DNA from: Octopus sinensis
Taxonomy: Eukaryota
DNA length: 64,000 nucleotides
Reading direction: 5' to 3'
NCBI RefSeq assembly: GCF_006345805.1
Contig: NC_043020.1
Span: 18,414,001 to 18,478,000 of the forward strand
Both the position numbers and the translations under genes were made by a program. Every line of letters starts with the position of its first letter. Within the stretch, counting starts at the first letter, position 1. The notes beneath the pieces were generated by a model that saw only the letters and a list, made by a program, of their open reading frames with translations, searched no databases and was not told the origin of the DNA. Below, piece after piece: positions 1 through 10,875 of this stretch.

Positions 1-40
1 ATACATACAAAGATACATACATACATACATACATACATAT
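1..40. repeat. (ACAT)n microsatellite
   Basis: atacatac runs seen directly. Confidence 0.9.
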
Positions 41-42
41 AG

Positions 43-305
43 TGAAGGTGCATGACTCAGTGGTTAGAGTGTCAAGCTTACGATTGTGAGGTTGTGAGTT
101 TGATTCCCAGACTGGGCTGTGTGTTGTGTTCTTGAGCAAGACACTTTATTTCACGTTGCTCCAGTTCACTCAGCTGTAGAAATAAGTAGCAAGGTCACTG
201 GTGCCAAGCTGTATCGACCTTTCCCTTGGATTATATCGGTGGCATGGAGAGGGGAGGCTGGTATGCATGAGTGGCTGCTGGCCTTCCATAAACAACCTTA
301 CCTGG
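43..305 (+). mobile_element. tRNA-derived SINE, degenerate copy (family D; related copies at about 11358, 23160, 26520 and 51750)
   Basis: A-box-like 'tcagtggttagag' and B-box-like 'gtttgattccc', followed by a CORE-like 'cttgagcaagacacttt' segment. Confidence 0.7.
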
Positions 306-640
306 CTCCAGTTTGATCTGGCAGAATTTCTACAGCTGGATGCCCTTCCTAATGCCAACCACTCCGAGAGTGTAGTGGTTGCTTTTTACGTGCCACCTGC
401 ATGGGGGCCAGTCAGGCAGTACTGGCAATGACCTCGCTCGAATCTTTTTACACATGCCACTGACACAGGTGCCATTGAAGCGACGTTGTTAACAATTCCG
501 GGTATGGAAGCCAGTTGGCTGCTCTGGCAACAATCACAACGATCATGCTCGGATGGTGCTCTTGGCACTCTACTAGCACAGGCATAAGTGCCAGTAAGGC
601 GACGCTGGTAATGATCATACTCGAATAGCCGCCTCATATA
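306..640 (-). mobile_element. RTE-LINE 3'-tail-derived repeat (family A)
   Basis: 'ctggatgcccttcctaatgccaaccactcc' motif recurs in many copies in the window. Confidence 0.7.
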
Positions 641-711
641 TATATCTAATACTATCAATAATGTTACAAAAGCAAAGATACAAAGAAACAGCATTGGCAT
701 GGCCTGCTTAC

Positions 712-1097
712 CTGAAATACAGACATTGACAAAAACAGCCTGGGTTCATTTTTGTATAGTTTAGTCAGACTTCCCACCAAGAATCCAGCTACAGTGGAAA
801 CGACTCCACTGTAGGAGGTGAGGTAACCATTGTGCCGCGGTGAGATGTTGAAACGAGACTGGAGCATAATGTTCAAATTACTGCGGAATACAATGATGGA
901 GAAGCCCAAGAGGAATCGAATTGCAAACATATCCCATAACTGGTTCCATTTTATCTTTCTCATGGATTGGAAAAATCTTTTAGGATTGAAGTTGATTTCA
1001 TCTGAGATTAACTTTTTGGGGCTTAACACAGAATCTAATCTCTGTAAGGTGGCTCTGGTTGGTCTTTGAGCAGTGGGAAGCAGTATCCAAACAATCA
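712..1097 (-). CDS. MFSD9: MFSD9-like MFS transporter, coding exon 6 (gene continues beyond window start)
   Basis: tag|TG ATT GTT TGG ... TTT CAG|gtaagc; 386 nt, phase 1 in and phase 0 out. Encodes IVWILLP...WNQLWDMFAIRFLLGFSIIVFRSN...YSGVVSTVAGFLVG, matching the C-terminal half of MFSD9 as recalled. Confidence 0.9.
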
Positions 1098-1098
1098 C

Positions 1099-1100
<2 letters not shown>

Positions 1101-1142
<42 letters not shown>

Positions 1143-1200
1143 TAATAATAATAATAATAATAACAATAACAACAATAATAATATTAACAATAACAACAAC

Positions 1201-1238
<38 letters not shown>

Positions 1239-1335
1239 CAACAATAATAATAATAACAACAATAACTATAATAACAATAATAATAATAACAATAATAATA
1301 ATAATAACAATAATAATAATAATAATAATAATAAT
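1101..1335. repeat. (AAT)n/(AAC) microsatellite abutting the exon 6 acceptor
   Basis: About 235 bp of aat/aac triplets; source of the poly-N, poly-I and poly-Y ORFs. Confidence 0.95.
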
Positions 1336-1868
1336 TCTGTGGGACTTCCCAGTACATACAGACCGAACCATCAAAGCCAATAAACCAGATATTGTTGTGA
1401 AAGACCAAAACAATAAAGTTTGCTTATTGATCGACATGAGCATCCCCTGTGATCATAATATCTCGGCGAAAGACTTTGACAAGCTCAGAAAATATAAAGA
1501 CCTGCTCATTGAAACTGAGAAAATGTGGCATCTCAAGGCGGTTACAATACCAGTGATCGTAGGAGCACTAGGAATGATCAAGAAAGGAACCGAAAAGTAT
1601 ATGAGAATGATCCCTGTCTTACCATCCCTGCAAGAAGTGCAGAAGATTGTCTTAACTGGTACATCACACATATTGAGAAGAGCATTGTCGATGTGAGAAC
1701 TATTACTACCCATGTATTTTAATTTAACTTTATTTCTATCAAAAAAAAAAAAATGAATGAACTAGTGAGTTTAGTTTAATGGCCTACCAATGTATACTAT
1801 GAGTTTCTTTGCCCTAGGAGTCGGGAAGACACTTGGCAAGAAATGGAAGCAAATTTGAAAGAAGAAGA
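1336..1868 (+). mobile_element. 5'-truncated R4/Dong-type non-LTR retrotransposon (RLE domain and 3' UTR), copy 1
   Basis: ILWDFPVHTDRTIKANKPDIVV...LIDMSIP...KYKDL...IPVIVGALG...RRALSM* is a PD-(D/E)xK restriction-like endonuclease; (AAT)n tail at about 1870. Confidence 0.8.
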
Positions 1869-1884
1869 AAAATAATAATAATAA

Positions 1885-2530
1885 GAAGTTCAGAATCTTT
1901 AGATAAAACAGTGAAACAGTATGGCATATTACCAGCCAATGTACGCTACTAGCTCAGAAGGAATATGAGATGCCACAATATAGCCAGGCTTGTCCATTGG
2001 CCCCTCTGCAACAAGTATAGACTTGACAGAGCAAAAAATTGGTACGATCACAAACCTGAAGGCATCGTTGAAAATAGAAATACAAAGATCGTATGGGATT
2101 TTATGATTCAGTGCGACCAGGAAATAGAGAATAGGAAGCCGGGCATAGTCTTACTTGGAAAAGAAAACAAACTATGCTGGATCATAGATATAGCATGCCC
2201 AGCTGACAACAAGGTATGTGATAAGGAAGAAAGAAAAGTCGAGAGATAGGACAGGTTAGCTTGGGAAGTTAAGCAGTTGTGGTCGATGAAAAAGGTAGCA
2301 GTAGTGCCAATAATTGTCGGAGCCCTGGTAACAGTGAGCAAAAATCTCAAGAAGTACGTGGAACAAATAGGGGCTGCAATAAGGGTTGAGCACTTGCAGA
2401 AAACAGTACCTCTTGGAACCTCTCAAATACTCCAGAAGGTGCTCAAAAAATAAGAGGTGTTACCTTAGTTCACTGGTGGTGAACAGCTGACACTGTAGTA
2501 CATCTCCAGCATTAGAAGCTGTGCAAAGGC
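1885..2530 (+). mobile_element. 5'-truncated R4/Dong-type non-LTR retrotransposon, copy 2 (different family)
   Basis: CHNIARLVHWPLC...WYDHKPEGIVEN..TKIVWDFMIQCD...KPGIV...IIDIACP (end of the CCHC region plus RLE); (AAT)n tail at 2531-2550. Confidence 0.8.
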
Positions 2531-2554
2531 AATAATAATAATAATAATAATTCT

Positions 2555-2770
2555 TTCTACTAAAGGCACAAGGCCTGAAATTTCGTAGGAGGGGACTAGT
2601 TGATTACACTGATCCCATTGCACAACTGGTATTTATTTTATTGGCCCCCAAAAAATGAAAGACAAAATCGACCTTGATGGCTTTTGAACTCAGGATATAA
2701 AGATAAGCAAAATACTGCTATGCATATTGTCCAGCATGGTTAAGATTCTGCTAGCTCAACACCTTCTTAA
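2555..2770 (-). mobile_element. SINE family C (Deu/Nin-like central domain), degenerate
   Basis: Reverse of 'gagttcaaa...ggtcgattttgtctttc...aaataaataccagttg'. Confidence 0.6.
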
Positions 2771-3224
2771 TAATAAAAATAATGATGATGATGGTTATTG
2801 AGTTCAATACAAAACCAACAATTTTGTGGGGAGGGAATTTGTTTGTGTCCCTGACCCTAGTACTCGACTGCTACTTTATTTTACAAAGCACAAAAGGATG
2901 AAAGGCTAAGTTGACCACAGTAGGATTTGCTTATGTGGTATTCCTTTACTTTCTGTCACTTAGCAGTTGGACAAATAGATATTAATAAAATAATGCCAGG
3001 GGAGTTGATATAATTGATTAAAATCCATCAAGGTAGTGTTGTACTCTCATGGCTGCAGTCCAATGACTGAAACCAGTAAAAGAGTAAAATATATATTACT
3101 TTATATTTTACAATCAACAGAATAAATATATTATATTCACAAACAGTAAAACTTGATAAAATACTATTTTTTTGAGGAGAACCTAAATTACAATGAGAAG
3201 AAGAAAAAAAGTTAGATTACTTAC

Positions 3225-3434
3225 CTGCATTCAGGAGAAAGATGACACCTGCTAGATTGGCCATTAGAAAGAAACCACCGGGCAATTCTGCTATGTGGCC
3301 ACCCAGGGTTGGGCCAACAATGAAACCGATGCTGGAAAATGAATTGTATGTTCCTAGAACTGAAGACTGTTCTGATGGTGGCACGGTATCTGCTATGAAT
3401 GATTTGCTTATGTTTAGACTGTGTTTAAATATTC
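3225..3434 (-). CDS. MFSD9: MFSD9-like coding exon 5
   Basis: ccttag|GA ATA TTT AAA CAC ... AAT GCA G|gtaagt; 210 nt, phase 1/1; GIFKHSLNISKSFIAD...GFIVGPTLGG...FLLNA. Confidence 0.95.
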
Positions 3435-3694
3435 CTAAGGGAAGAAATGGTAAGAGATTTTTCGTTACTGACCCTTTAGCATTCAAATTATTCTATCAAA
3501 TGTAATGCTTACATATTCACATTGTTTTGAATTTTAATCATAATAATAATAATGAAATTATTGTATACAGTGCTCAGGTGCACCACAACTTGTCAGAAAG
3601 TGCATATAGAGTATATGCAGTAATGTACAAATGTCTGGAAAGCGGACAATGCATGAGTCAGATACATGCTTGTGTGTGTATGGAGGGGAGAAAA

Positions 3695-3810
3695 TCAGGT
3701 GTAGTGTTGGCGAATCTCAGAAAGCATGGAAGTTTTGAAGGATGCAGTGCTCCGACAACTAACAACTGATGCCGGCAGTTTGTTCCATGCTTCAGCAACT
3801 CTCGCATTAT
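3695..3810 (-). mobile_element. CR1-type LINE 3' end fragment
   Basis: RVAEAWNKLPASVVSCRSTASFKTSML matches the CR1 RT C-terminal W-N-x-L-P...F-K motif. Confidence 0.7.
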
Positions 3811-3825
3811 CTTGTGTCCTTTTAT

Positions 3826-4155
3826 GTGTTTCTGTCATTTGACTGCAGCCAAGCTGGAGCACCGCCTTTAGTTGGAAAAAAATCAACCCCAGGACTTATT
3901 CTTTGTGAGCCTAGTACTTATTCTATGTCTCTTTTGCCAAACTGCTAAGTTACAGGGACACAAGCACACCACACACACACATATATACATGACAGGCTTC
4001 TTTCAGTTTCCGCCTACCAAATCCACTCACAAGACTTTGGCAGGCCCGAGGCTATAGTAGAAGACACTTGCCCAAGGTGCCATATGATGGGACTGAACCC
4101 AGAACGATGTGGTTGAGAAGCAAGCTTCTTACCACACAGCCACGCCTGTGCCTAT
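3826..4155 (-). mobile_element. tRNA/CORE-type SINE family B
   Basis: Matches the copies at 6603, 10876, 24585 and 43020. Confidence 0.8.
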
Positions 4156-4886
4156 TTAGAAGATGTAATAGCTTATTTTTAGAGTGACATTGTAAGATAG
4201 GTGTGAGAGGCTAGATCTGGTGAGTTTCAATGTAAAATGGGTAGAACATTTGGACCAGATATGGCAGGTTTAATTGTTAAAGGGATGAGCCAACAAAGAG
4301 TAAAACATATCATCATCATTTTTATGACTTCCTTTTTTTCCATGCTGGCATGGGTTGGATGAAACTTAAACTTACTGAGGTATTATATTACAGCTGAATA
4401 CTCTCCCTATTGCCAACCATTATCTGTTTTTCATCATCATTTAACATTCATGTTCCATGCTGGCATGGGTTGGATGGTTTTTACAGGACCTGCAAGTAAT
4501 GCATCACACCTCATACTGGTTCCAAGTACTGCATCATACCTCAGTGTATGCTCTGGCACAGTTTCTTTGACTGGATGTCCTTAATGTCAACTACATTACA
4601 GCATGTAGTGGGTGCTTTTCTTGTGCCACACTGGTGAGGCTGCTATGCATTTCACAAGATTATAAATCCCAAGGAAGCAACTTTATGCGAGAAGACATGG
4701 AGTAAAAATAAGAGAGCAGGGGCCAGAGAAGAACATGTTTTTTACTGTAGAGGAACTATATTACCATTTATATATTAGAAGAAAGTGTGGGAGTGATCGA
4801 TTGGAGCTTAAGTGAGGAATTTTATTCTACTGGTCTTCACATGGTATCATTTCATAGACACATTCACACACGTATTTAAACACACA

Positions 4887-5690
4887 TACAGAGTGTTTGG
4901 GCTAAATTTGACAGTTTGCATAAAAGGAAAAGAAAACACAATATCTTATGCAGAAATAAAAGTATTTTATGGAGATGTACTCGCATAGCAAGTGACCTGA
5001 ACTGAGATCGTGTGCTGGAAGAAAAACAATTGCAGCGTGGATGGTGTTTATAAGCCATTTAAAAAACACACAAAAACCGTTAGATTCACTTCAACATTTA
5101 AATTTAATTTGTCAAAATATTTTCGTCGCTTTGAGACTGCGACCTGTTCACTGACAAAACTTTGTGCTGCAGCATGAAGTTTTGTCAGTGAACAGGTCAC
5201 GATCTCAAAGCAATGAAAATATTTTGATAAATCAAATTTAAATGTTGAAGTGAATCTAACGGTTTTTGTGTGTTTCTTAAAAGTATTTTAAAAAAATTAA
5301 GAAATAGGAACTAGATTATGGCCGGGAGATAACAGTTTACTCAAAGTAGTCACCCTCAGCTCCCACGATGGCTTTAAGATTACTCCAGAACCTGGCACAT
5401 GCATTTTTCCTTGTATCCATGGGAAGATCTTCAAACACCTCCTTGATCTTGGCCAGAAGCTTGGCCTTCCTTTTGCAGGCAGAGTTTGACCTGGTGTCTT
5501 TCTCAACTGTGCCCCACACATAGTAAATCATGGATTACAATTGGAGGAATTAGGCGGCCAGAGACTGGGGCTAGTGAAGTTGTAGAAATTCTCCAACAAC
5601 CACTTCTGACTTTCCCAGAGCTATGTACAGTAAGGGGCCAAATCCTGCTACCACACATATGGCCTTCTAGCAGAAGAGTAAAAATAGCAA
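4887..5690 (-). mobile_element. Tc1/mariner maT (DD37D) transposon, 3' part with TIR, decayed
   Basis: GRPYVW*QD...WPPNSS..CNP/YYVWGTVEK...AEGDYFE*; TIR 'tacagagtgtttgggctaaatttgac' shared with 31065 and (inverted) 33657. Confidence 0.8.
4970..5281. mobile_element. Palindromic MITE-like insertion inside the maT element
   Basis: 112-bp arms at 5058-5169 and 5170-5281 with no loop; partial copies at about 21135-21320 and 23860-23920. Confidence 0.75.
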
Positions 5691-5810
5691 TATGACATTA
5701 ACCAACTGGGTTGCTAGGGCAACATAGAAGACTTGACTTTGATGTAACTTGCATATAGAGGGAGGAAATAAAGATCCACTGGAGAAGATTCTTGTAACCT
5801 TTCAATCAGC

Positions 5811-6140
5811 ATCATCATCATTTAGCGTCCGCTTTCCATGCTGGCATGGGTTGGACGGTGCAACTGGGGTCTGGGAAGCCAGAAGGCTGCACCAGGCCCA
5901 GTCTGATCTGGCAATGTTTCTACGGCTGGATGCCCTTCCTAACGCCAACCACTCCATGAGTGTATCATCATCATCATTTAGCGTCCGCTTTCCATGCTGG
6001 CATGGGTTGGACAGTGCAACTGGGGTCTGGGAAGCCAGAAGGCTGCACCAGGCCCAGTCTGATCTGGCAATGTTTCTACGGCTGGATGCCCTTCCTAACG
6101 CCAACCACTCCATGAGTGTAGTGGGTGCTTTTTACAAAAA
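5811..6140 (-). mobile_element. Family A (RTE-tail) repeat with an internal 156-bp tandem duplication
   Basis: 'tttagcgtccgctttcc' at 5821 and 5977; the copies differ at one visible site. Confidence 0.85.
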
Positions 6141-6191
6141 ATAAAGCTCTTTAGTTATTTTTGAAGGAAATAATGAATTGGGAAAACTTAC

Positions 6192-6321
6192 CTAAGATGA
6201 CTCGTGCTGCAACAATAACAGCAATTGAAGATGCAAAACCAATTAAACTGTATCCAAATGCTGTAAAGAACATACAAACAATCAGTGAAAGTCTTCTTCC
6301 GGTAACATCACTCCATTTCCC
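6192..6321 (-). CDS. MFSD9: MFSD9-like coding exon 4
   Basis: tttcag|GGG AAA TGG AGT GAT ... ATC TTA G|gtaagt; 130 nt; GKWSDVTGRR is MFS motif A. Confidence 0.95.
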
Positions 6322-6602
6322 CTGAAATATGAAATATCGATTTAAGTTCAATGAATAGAAGGCCAAATTTTGTAACAGACAATCATATTTGGTTGATTAA
6401 TCATTAAATCAAAAACTAAAAAAATAGAAGCTGAAGAAAGAGAGATATGTTTGCTGTCATGAGAATAGACAAGGGCTCCTGAACAAAGATGTAGCCTATG
6501 TTGGCACTGACAGAGAAAGTGATGAGAAATTGAAAAGTCATTCCCCAGGATTTGGTGCCTCATACACAAAATGAAATATGACTGCGAAGAGGAGCAATAT
6601 TC

Positions 6603-6985
6603 TTTTACTCTTTTACTTGTTTCAGTCATTTGACTGTGGCCATGCTGAAGCACCGCCTTTAATTGAGCAACTCAACCCCGGGACTTATTCTTTGTAAGCC
6701 CAGTACTTATTCTATCGGTGTCTTTTGCCGAACCGCTAAGTGACGGGGACATAAACACGCCAGCATCGGTTGTCAAGCAATGCTAGGGGAACAAACATAC
6801 ACATATGTATATACATATATACGACGGGCTTCTTTCAGTTTCCATCTACCAAATCCACTCACAAGGCTTTAGTCGGCCCGAGGCTATAGTAGAAGACACT
6901 TGCCCAAGGTGCCACGCAGTGGGACTGAACCCGGAACCATGTGGTTGGTAAGCAAGCTACTTACCACACAGCCACTCCTGCGCCT
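6603..6985 (-). mobile_element. SINE family B, near full length, young
   Basis: Head 'ggcgcaggagtggctgtgtggtaag' to tail 'gtaaaagagtaaaaga' on the minus strand. Confidence 0.85.
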
Positions 6986-7918
6986 ATGTATGTATATATA
7001 TATATATATATTGTAATGCAGATTTTTTAAACTCATGCCAACAAGGAAAAAATTGACAGTAAAATATTGATGATAGGCACAGGTATGGCAATGTAATTAA
7101 GAAGTTTGCTTCCCAACCACATGATTTCGGGTTCAGTCCCACTGTATGGAACCTTGAGTAAATCTCTTCTATGATAGCCCTGGGCAGATTAAATCTTTGT
7201 GAGTGGATATGGGAGACACAAACTGAAAGAAGCCTGATGTGTGTGAGTGTGTGTGTGTGTGCGCGTGCATGTGTGTGTGTGTGTGTGTTCTTGTCTTGCC
7301 ATCATATGATTGTTGTAAACGAATGTCATTCATTTCCAATATTCTATGAAAACATGTCTGGCCATGGAGATATATTTCTGTTTGCAGACAGGTGAGGGTT
7401 GGTAACAGAGAGAGCATCCAATCTGCCTCAATAAACTCCATCTGCAACCATGGCAAAGCAGACATTAAAACAATAACAAGGATGATAATCAAAGCAGTAC
7501 AATAATTTCATTCTGTTTTTGGTTCCATACCATATACCTGGTGCCCCATTACTTTACATCAGCAGTTCTCAACTGGGGTCCACATGACCATTAGGGGTCC
7601 ATATAAGATTTTGCTGTTAAATTTTATGTGCAATAAATTGGTTATATTTCTACAATATACAAAATTGTTTAACAATATTTTTTATACAATTCCTTGTAAT
7701 ATTTAAACATAAATATAATTAGATTTCTTAATAACTAAATAAGTATTTCAGTTTTTTAATTAACAGTTAAATGCCTCTAATTTTGGCTTTTCACTGAAAC
7801 AAGGGTAAAGTATTACCTAATTATGGGTCGAAACCATATATGAAAATTCATTTCTTGAATGGTATTAAATAAATTAGTTATTACTTTTTAATTGCAAGTT
7901 AAATTTTCTTATATAAAA

Positions 7919-8311
7919 CTAGCAGTATCGCCCAGCGTTGCTCGGGTTTGTAAGGGAAATAACTATAAAGCATTTTTAGAGAGTTATAGCCAAAAAATAG
8001 CAAAAAATGCAATAAAAATGGAAAAAAAATTATGGTAAATTTTTTTTTAAATTGTTGACTCATCGTAGACATTTTTAGAGAGTTACTTCTCTTATATTTA
8101 AAAAATATGCATTAAAATGGAAAAAAATGATGGTAAATTATTTTTAAAATCGTAGACTCATCGTAGACGCGTGCTAATACCCAGAAGGGCTTGATATGAA
8201 TCACGACTATAAGATACCCGGTTTTGGTTAAACTGCACTGCAAAATGTGGGAGTAGTTAGGAATCTAAATCGTAGGAGACAGACACACAACCTTTCTTTT
8301 ATATATAAAGA
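7919..8311 (-). mobile_element. Non-autonomous Helitron
   Basis: Minus strand A|TC...cccgagcaacgctgggcgatactgCTAG|T; subterminal GC-rich hairpin; no TSD. Confidence 0.8.
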
Positions 8312-8634
8312 TATAATACCATTAAGGATTTATACTACTAGGGTTCAGTTGAGCAAAATAGGAATCAAAGAAGCAATAGGTAAAAAATTGTTGAGAAACA
8401 CTACTTCATATCATTACTTAGAATGGTGGATCACACAACAATAATGGGAAAATTTCAAGGGAAACCATTAAAAGCCAAAAGTTACTTTAATAGAAGAACT
8501 TTGCTTATACTGTCTCATCTCTCTACAAACAATTAAAATGTTCCCTGCTGAAGCAAATGAGTTGGGGTCTTCAACAGCCATATCAATAAGGAGAGTGGGT
8601 ATTTTGTCAAATTGACAAAGGGGTTGTTTTAGAT

Positions 8635-9230
8635 GCAGGCATGGCTGTGTGCTAGGAAGCTTGTTTTTCAACTACGTGGTTCCAGGTTCAGTCCCGCTGC
8701 ATGATACTTTGAACAGGTGTATTCCACCATAGCTTTGTGCTGACCAAAGCCTTGTGAGTGGATTTGGAACATGGAAACTGAAAAAATCCTGTCATTCATT
8801 TGTTCATACACACATATATGTATGTACATGCATACATGTATACATACATGTATGTACATACATATATATACATGTATGTACATACATACATACTTACATA
8901 TGTACATACATATATATATATATATGTACATACATACATGTACATATACGTACTTACATACATACATCTATGTATGTACATACATACGTACATGTACATT
9001 CATACATATATGTACATACATGTATGTATGTACATACATATATGTACATACATGTATGTATGTATGTGTTTGTGTGTGTCTGTGTGTGTTTGTCCACCAC
9101 CACTGCTTCACAACCAATGTTGGGTTGTTTGCATCTCCGTAACTTAGTGGTTCAGCAAAAAAGACTAACAGCATGAGATAAATATTGGGGTTGATTCAAG
9201 GTGGTGCCCCAGCATGGCCACAGTCCAATT
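8635..9230 (+). mobile_element. SINE family B with an expanded internal (TACA/TA) microsatellite (about 8810-9095)
   Basis: SINE head and tail flank about 280 bp of simple repeat. Confidence 0.75.
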
Positions 9231-9619
9231 TTTAGTCAAATGAATCGACCCCAGTACTTATTTTCTTTTTTAAGCCTGGTACTTATTCTATCAGTCTCTT
9301 TTGCCAAACTGTTAAGTTATGGGGACGTAAACACACCAACACCAGTTATCAAGTGGTGGCAGGGGACAAACAGACACAAAAATACACACACGACAGGCTT
9401 CTTTCAGTTTCTGTTTCATAAGGCTTTGGTCAGCCCAAAGCTATAGTAGAAGACACTTGCCCAAGGTGTCATGCAGCAGGACTGAACCTGGAAACGTGGT
9501 TGAGAAGCAAACTTCTTACCACACAGCCATACCTGCAGCCAAAAATGAAAGAATCTGTTGAGAGAGAGAGAGAGAAAAATTCTGTTTGAAACAAGTAAAA
9601 ATATGTAATTACTACTTAC

Positions 9620-9663
9620 AACAATTGGACTTGAGAACAGTTGTAAGGCACCATAGACGGATC
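9620..9663 (-). CDS. MFSD9: MFSD9-like coding exon 3
   Basis: ttctag|GA TCC GTC TAT GGT GCC TTA CAA CTG TTC TCA AGT CCA ATT GTT|gtaagt; 44 nt; GSVYGALQLFSSPIV; not in the ORF track. Confidence 0.93.
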
Positions 9664-9744
9664 CTAGAAATGACCAATGTAATTAAAACATTAATATAAT
9701 TAGTAAAAAAAGATTTATATAAATACTGGTTTCAAATTTTGGCA

Positions 9745-10125
9745 CAAGGCCAGCAAGTTTCATGGGGAAGGGGTATGTCGATTACATCAACCCCAGTGCT
9801 CAACAGGTAGTTATTTTATCAACCCTGAAAGGATGAATGGCAAAATCAACCCCAGCAGAATTTGAACTCAGAACGTAAAGAAGGACAACATTCTTATTTC
9901 TTTACTGCCCACAAGGGGCTAAACATAGAGGGGACAAACAAGGACAGACAAAGGAATTAAGTCGATTACATTGACCCCAGTGCATAACTGGTACTTATTT
10001 AAGTGACCCCAAAAGGATCAAAGGCTAAGTCGACCTTGACGGAATTTGAACTCAGAACGTAGCAGCTGACGAAATACCGCTAAGCATTTCGTCCGGCATG
10101 CCAACGTTTCTGCCAGCTTGCCACA
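9745..10125 (-). mobile_element. SINE family C, two adjacent or nested units
   Basis: Two 'gaatttgaactcagaacgta' motifs, with a tail 'tatttctttactgcccacaagggg' between them. Confidence 0.75.
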
Positions 10126-10875
10126 AGATTGACAAAATTCTGCTAAGCATTTTTCCCAGCATACTAATGATTCTGCCAGCTTACCACCTTTCTTTCTTTT
10201 AAAGATGCTTGGTTGAGAGCTGAGTAAGACTTGGCTGCTATTTCCAACAGGTTAACAAATTTTCAAAGGGTATATTGGTATTGTTGAGTGAGAGGAGAGT
10301 GCAAGTCTCTGGAAAGCTGTGATTGCAGTTCAGGTTCACTTCTTGATTGAATCTGGTGTCAGGAAATGTAAATTATTACAAAGGTCAAGTTAGACGCACA
10401 TTAGCATATTGCTCCCTGCAGCTGGGTCTGTACTTCTGCCACACAGAGATTTATGAGACCATATCCAAAAGGAGGTCTCCTTACCGAATGGCATGAAGCC
10501 ATACAACAACACGCTCTGGCCTCTGGGCTAAATGCTACCATGATTACAACGATCTCTATTCCTCAACACACCTGGCTGGTCCTGTGTCATTTCAACTCAG
10601 ACCCACCCAACTCACTTGTCCCTCCTGTTCTCACATCACCCCATCTTAACAAGGCTCTGTAGTAATCACTATGCCCAGGTCTTTCCACCACAGAATTTCA
10701 AACTTCTGAAAATCCCTTCTGATCCAAGTTATCCTGCAACCAACAACTTGCTGACATTCATTACCATGTCAATCTCACCAGTCTTTTACGGTCTGTGAAA
10801 ACTGAAGGCACCCTGCATCTTCCACAATAAACCAGAACCTCCATTTCAAAAAAGAAAACAAAAAGAAATCTTACA

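Noticed and set aside
1066-1443. Poly-Asn, poly-Ile and poly-Tyr ORFs
   Set aside because: They are translations of the (AAT)n tract. Only the exon (712-1097) and the LINE part (from 1336) are meaningful.
8468-8671. Minus-strand ORF with a good acceptor (ttgcttcag) inside MFSD9 intron 3
   Set aside because: Exons 3 and 4 already join in frame and match MFSD9 without it; no recognisable homology.
8668-9176. Overlapping Y/I/H/C/M/V-rich ORFs
   Set aside because: Translations of the (TACA)/(TA) microsatellite.
10450-10850. ORFs in a GC-richer block
   Set aside because: Probably a decayed LINE fragment, but no motif is clear enough to assign a family or gene.
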